Assembly: GCA_017654855.1 (NCBI GenBank)
Contig: CM030338.1
Location: 124,001 to 188,000 of the forward strand
Length of the DNA: 64,000 nt
Source: Podospora anserina
Lineage: Eukaryota
Reading direction: 5' to 3'
In this document: positions 63,671-64,000 of the stretch, one piece after another
How the letters are laid out: each line of letters begins with the position of its first letter
Numbering within the stretch: position 1 is the stretch's first letter
Notes under the pieces: generated by a model
What the model saw: the letters and a program-made list of their open reading frames with translations, nothing else
Database searches by the model: none
Told to the model about the DNA's origin: nothing
Made by a program: the position numbers and the translations under genes

Positions 63671-64000
63671 ATGTTTCGCACGAGCCTTTCAAGAACCGCT
63701 ACCCGTGCAGTACGCACATTGTCTACCTCCGCCACCAAATCATCCTCCATCCCTCTCCGCATCTGCGGGCGTGGGACAGGCACCCAGCAGACCATCACCA
63801 TCAAAGACAAGCCATACAGCATTCAAACCGATACATACCCCGTTCTCGGTGGCGCCGACTCGGCCCCATCACCAGTTGCCTACAGCCTTGCCTCTCTTAC
63901 CTCCTGCAACCAAGTAACGGGTGCCAAGGTAGCTGAGGACCACGGCATTAAGCTTGGCCAGTGGAACGTCAGACTCGACGCCGTGCTTCCCACGGACGTA
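63671..64000 (+). CDS. OsmC/Ohr-like protein with probable mitochondrial presequence (3'-truncated by the window edge)
   Basis: Absent from the ORF track because there is no stop in the window. It translates as MFRTSLSRTATRAVRTLSTSA...IQTDTYPVLGGADSAPSPVAYSLASLTSCNQV, matching the OsmC D.....GG....P.P....ASL.SC motif. Confidence 0.85.
   Translation, partial: MFRTSLSRTATRAVRTLSTSATKSSSIPLRICGRGTGTQQTITIKDKPYSIQTDTYPVLGGADSAPSPVAYSLASLTSCNQVTGAKVAEDHGIKLGQWNVRLDAVLPTDV

Overview
Fungal chromosomal DNA from a filamentous ascomycete. The short GT-AG introns with CTRAY branch points, RIP-type mutations and solo LTRs suggest Sordariales, plausibly Podospora (inference). The window holds about 17 intact or partial protein-coding genes: a CCC1/VIT1 iron transporter, an AA9 LPMO, an intronless NACHT (NLR-like) protein, a cupin, an OSCA/CSC1 channel, a CBM21 PP1-targeting subunit, a stand-alone patatin, a MARVEL-like protein, an SDR, an atypical Hsp70, a P-loop GTPase, a coiled-coil protein, RIO1, ATG17, RidA, a DHA1 MFS transporter and an OsmC protein cut by the window edge. 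It also has an intron-containing tRNA-Leu(AAG), a frameshifted epoxide hydrolase, a decayed membrane-protein gene, a ~15 kb gene-poor stretch and a RIP-mutated nest of solo LTRs with readable 5-bp target-site duplications. The most intriguing element is a compact three-gene module at 42.0-48.3 kb: an atypical HSPA12-like Hsp70 divergent from a tail-anchored GTPase, followed by a coiled-coil protein with a GrpE/MIEAP-like C-terminus. It is a candidate dedicated chaperone-GTPase system. All family assignments come from motifs read by eye; no database search was run.
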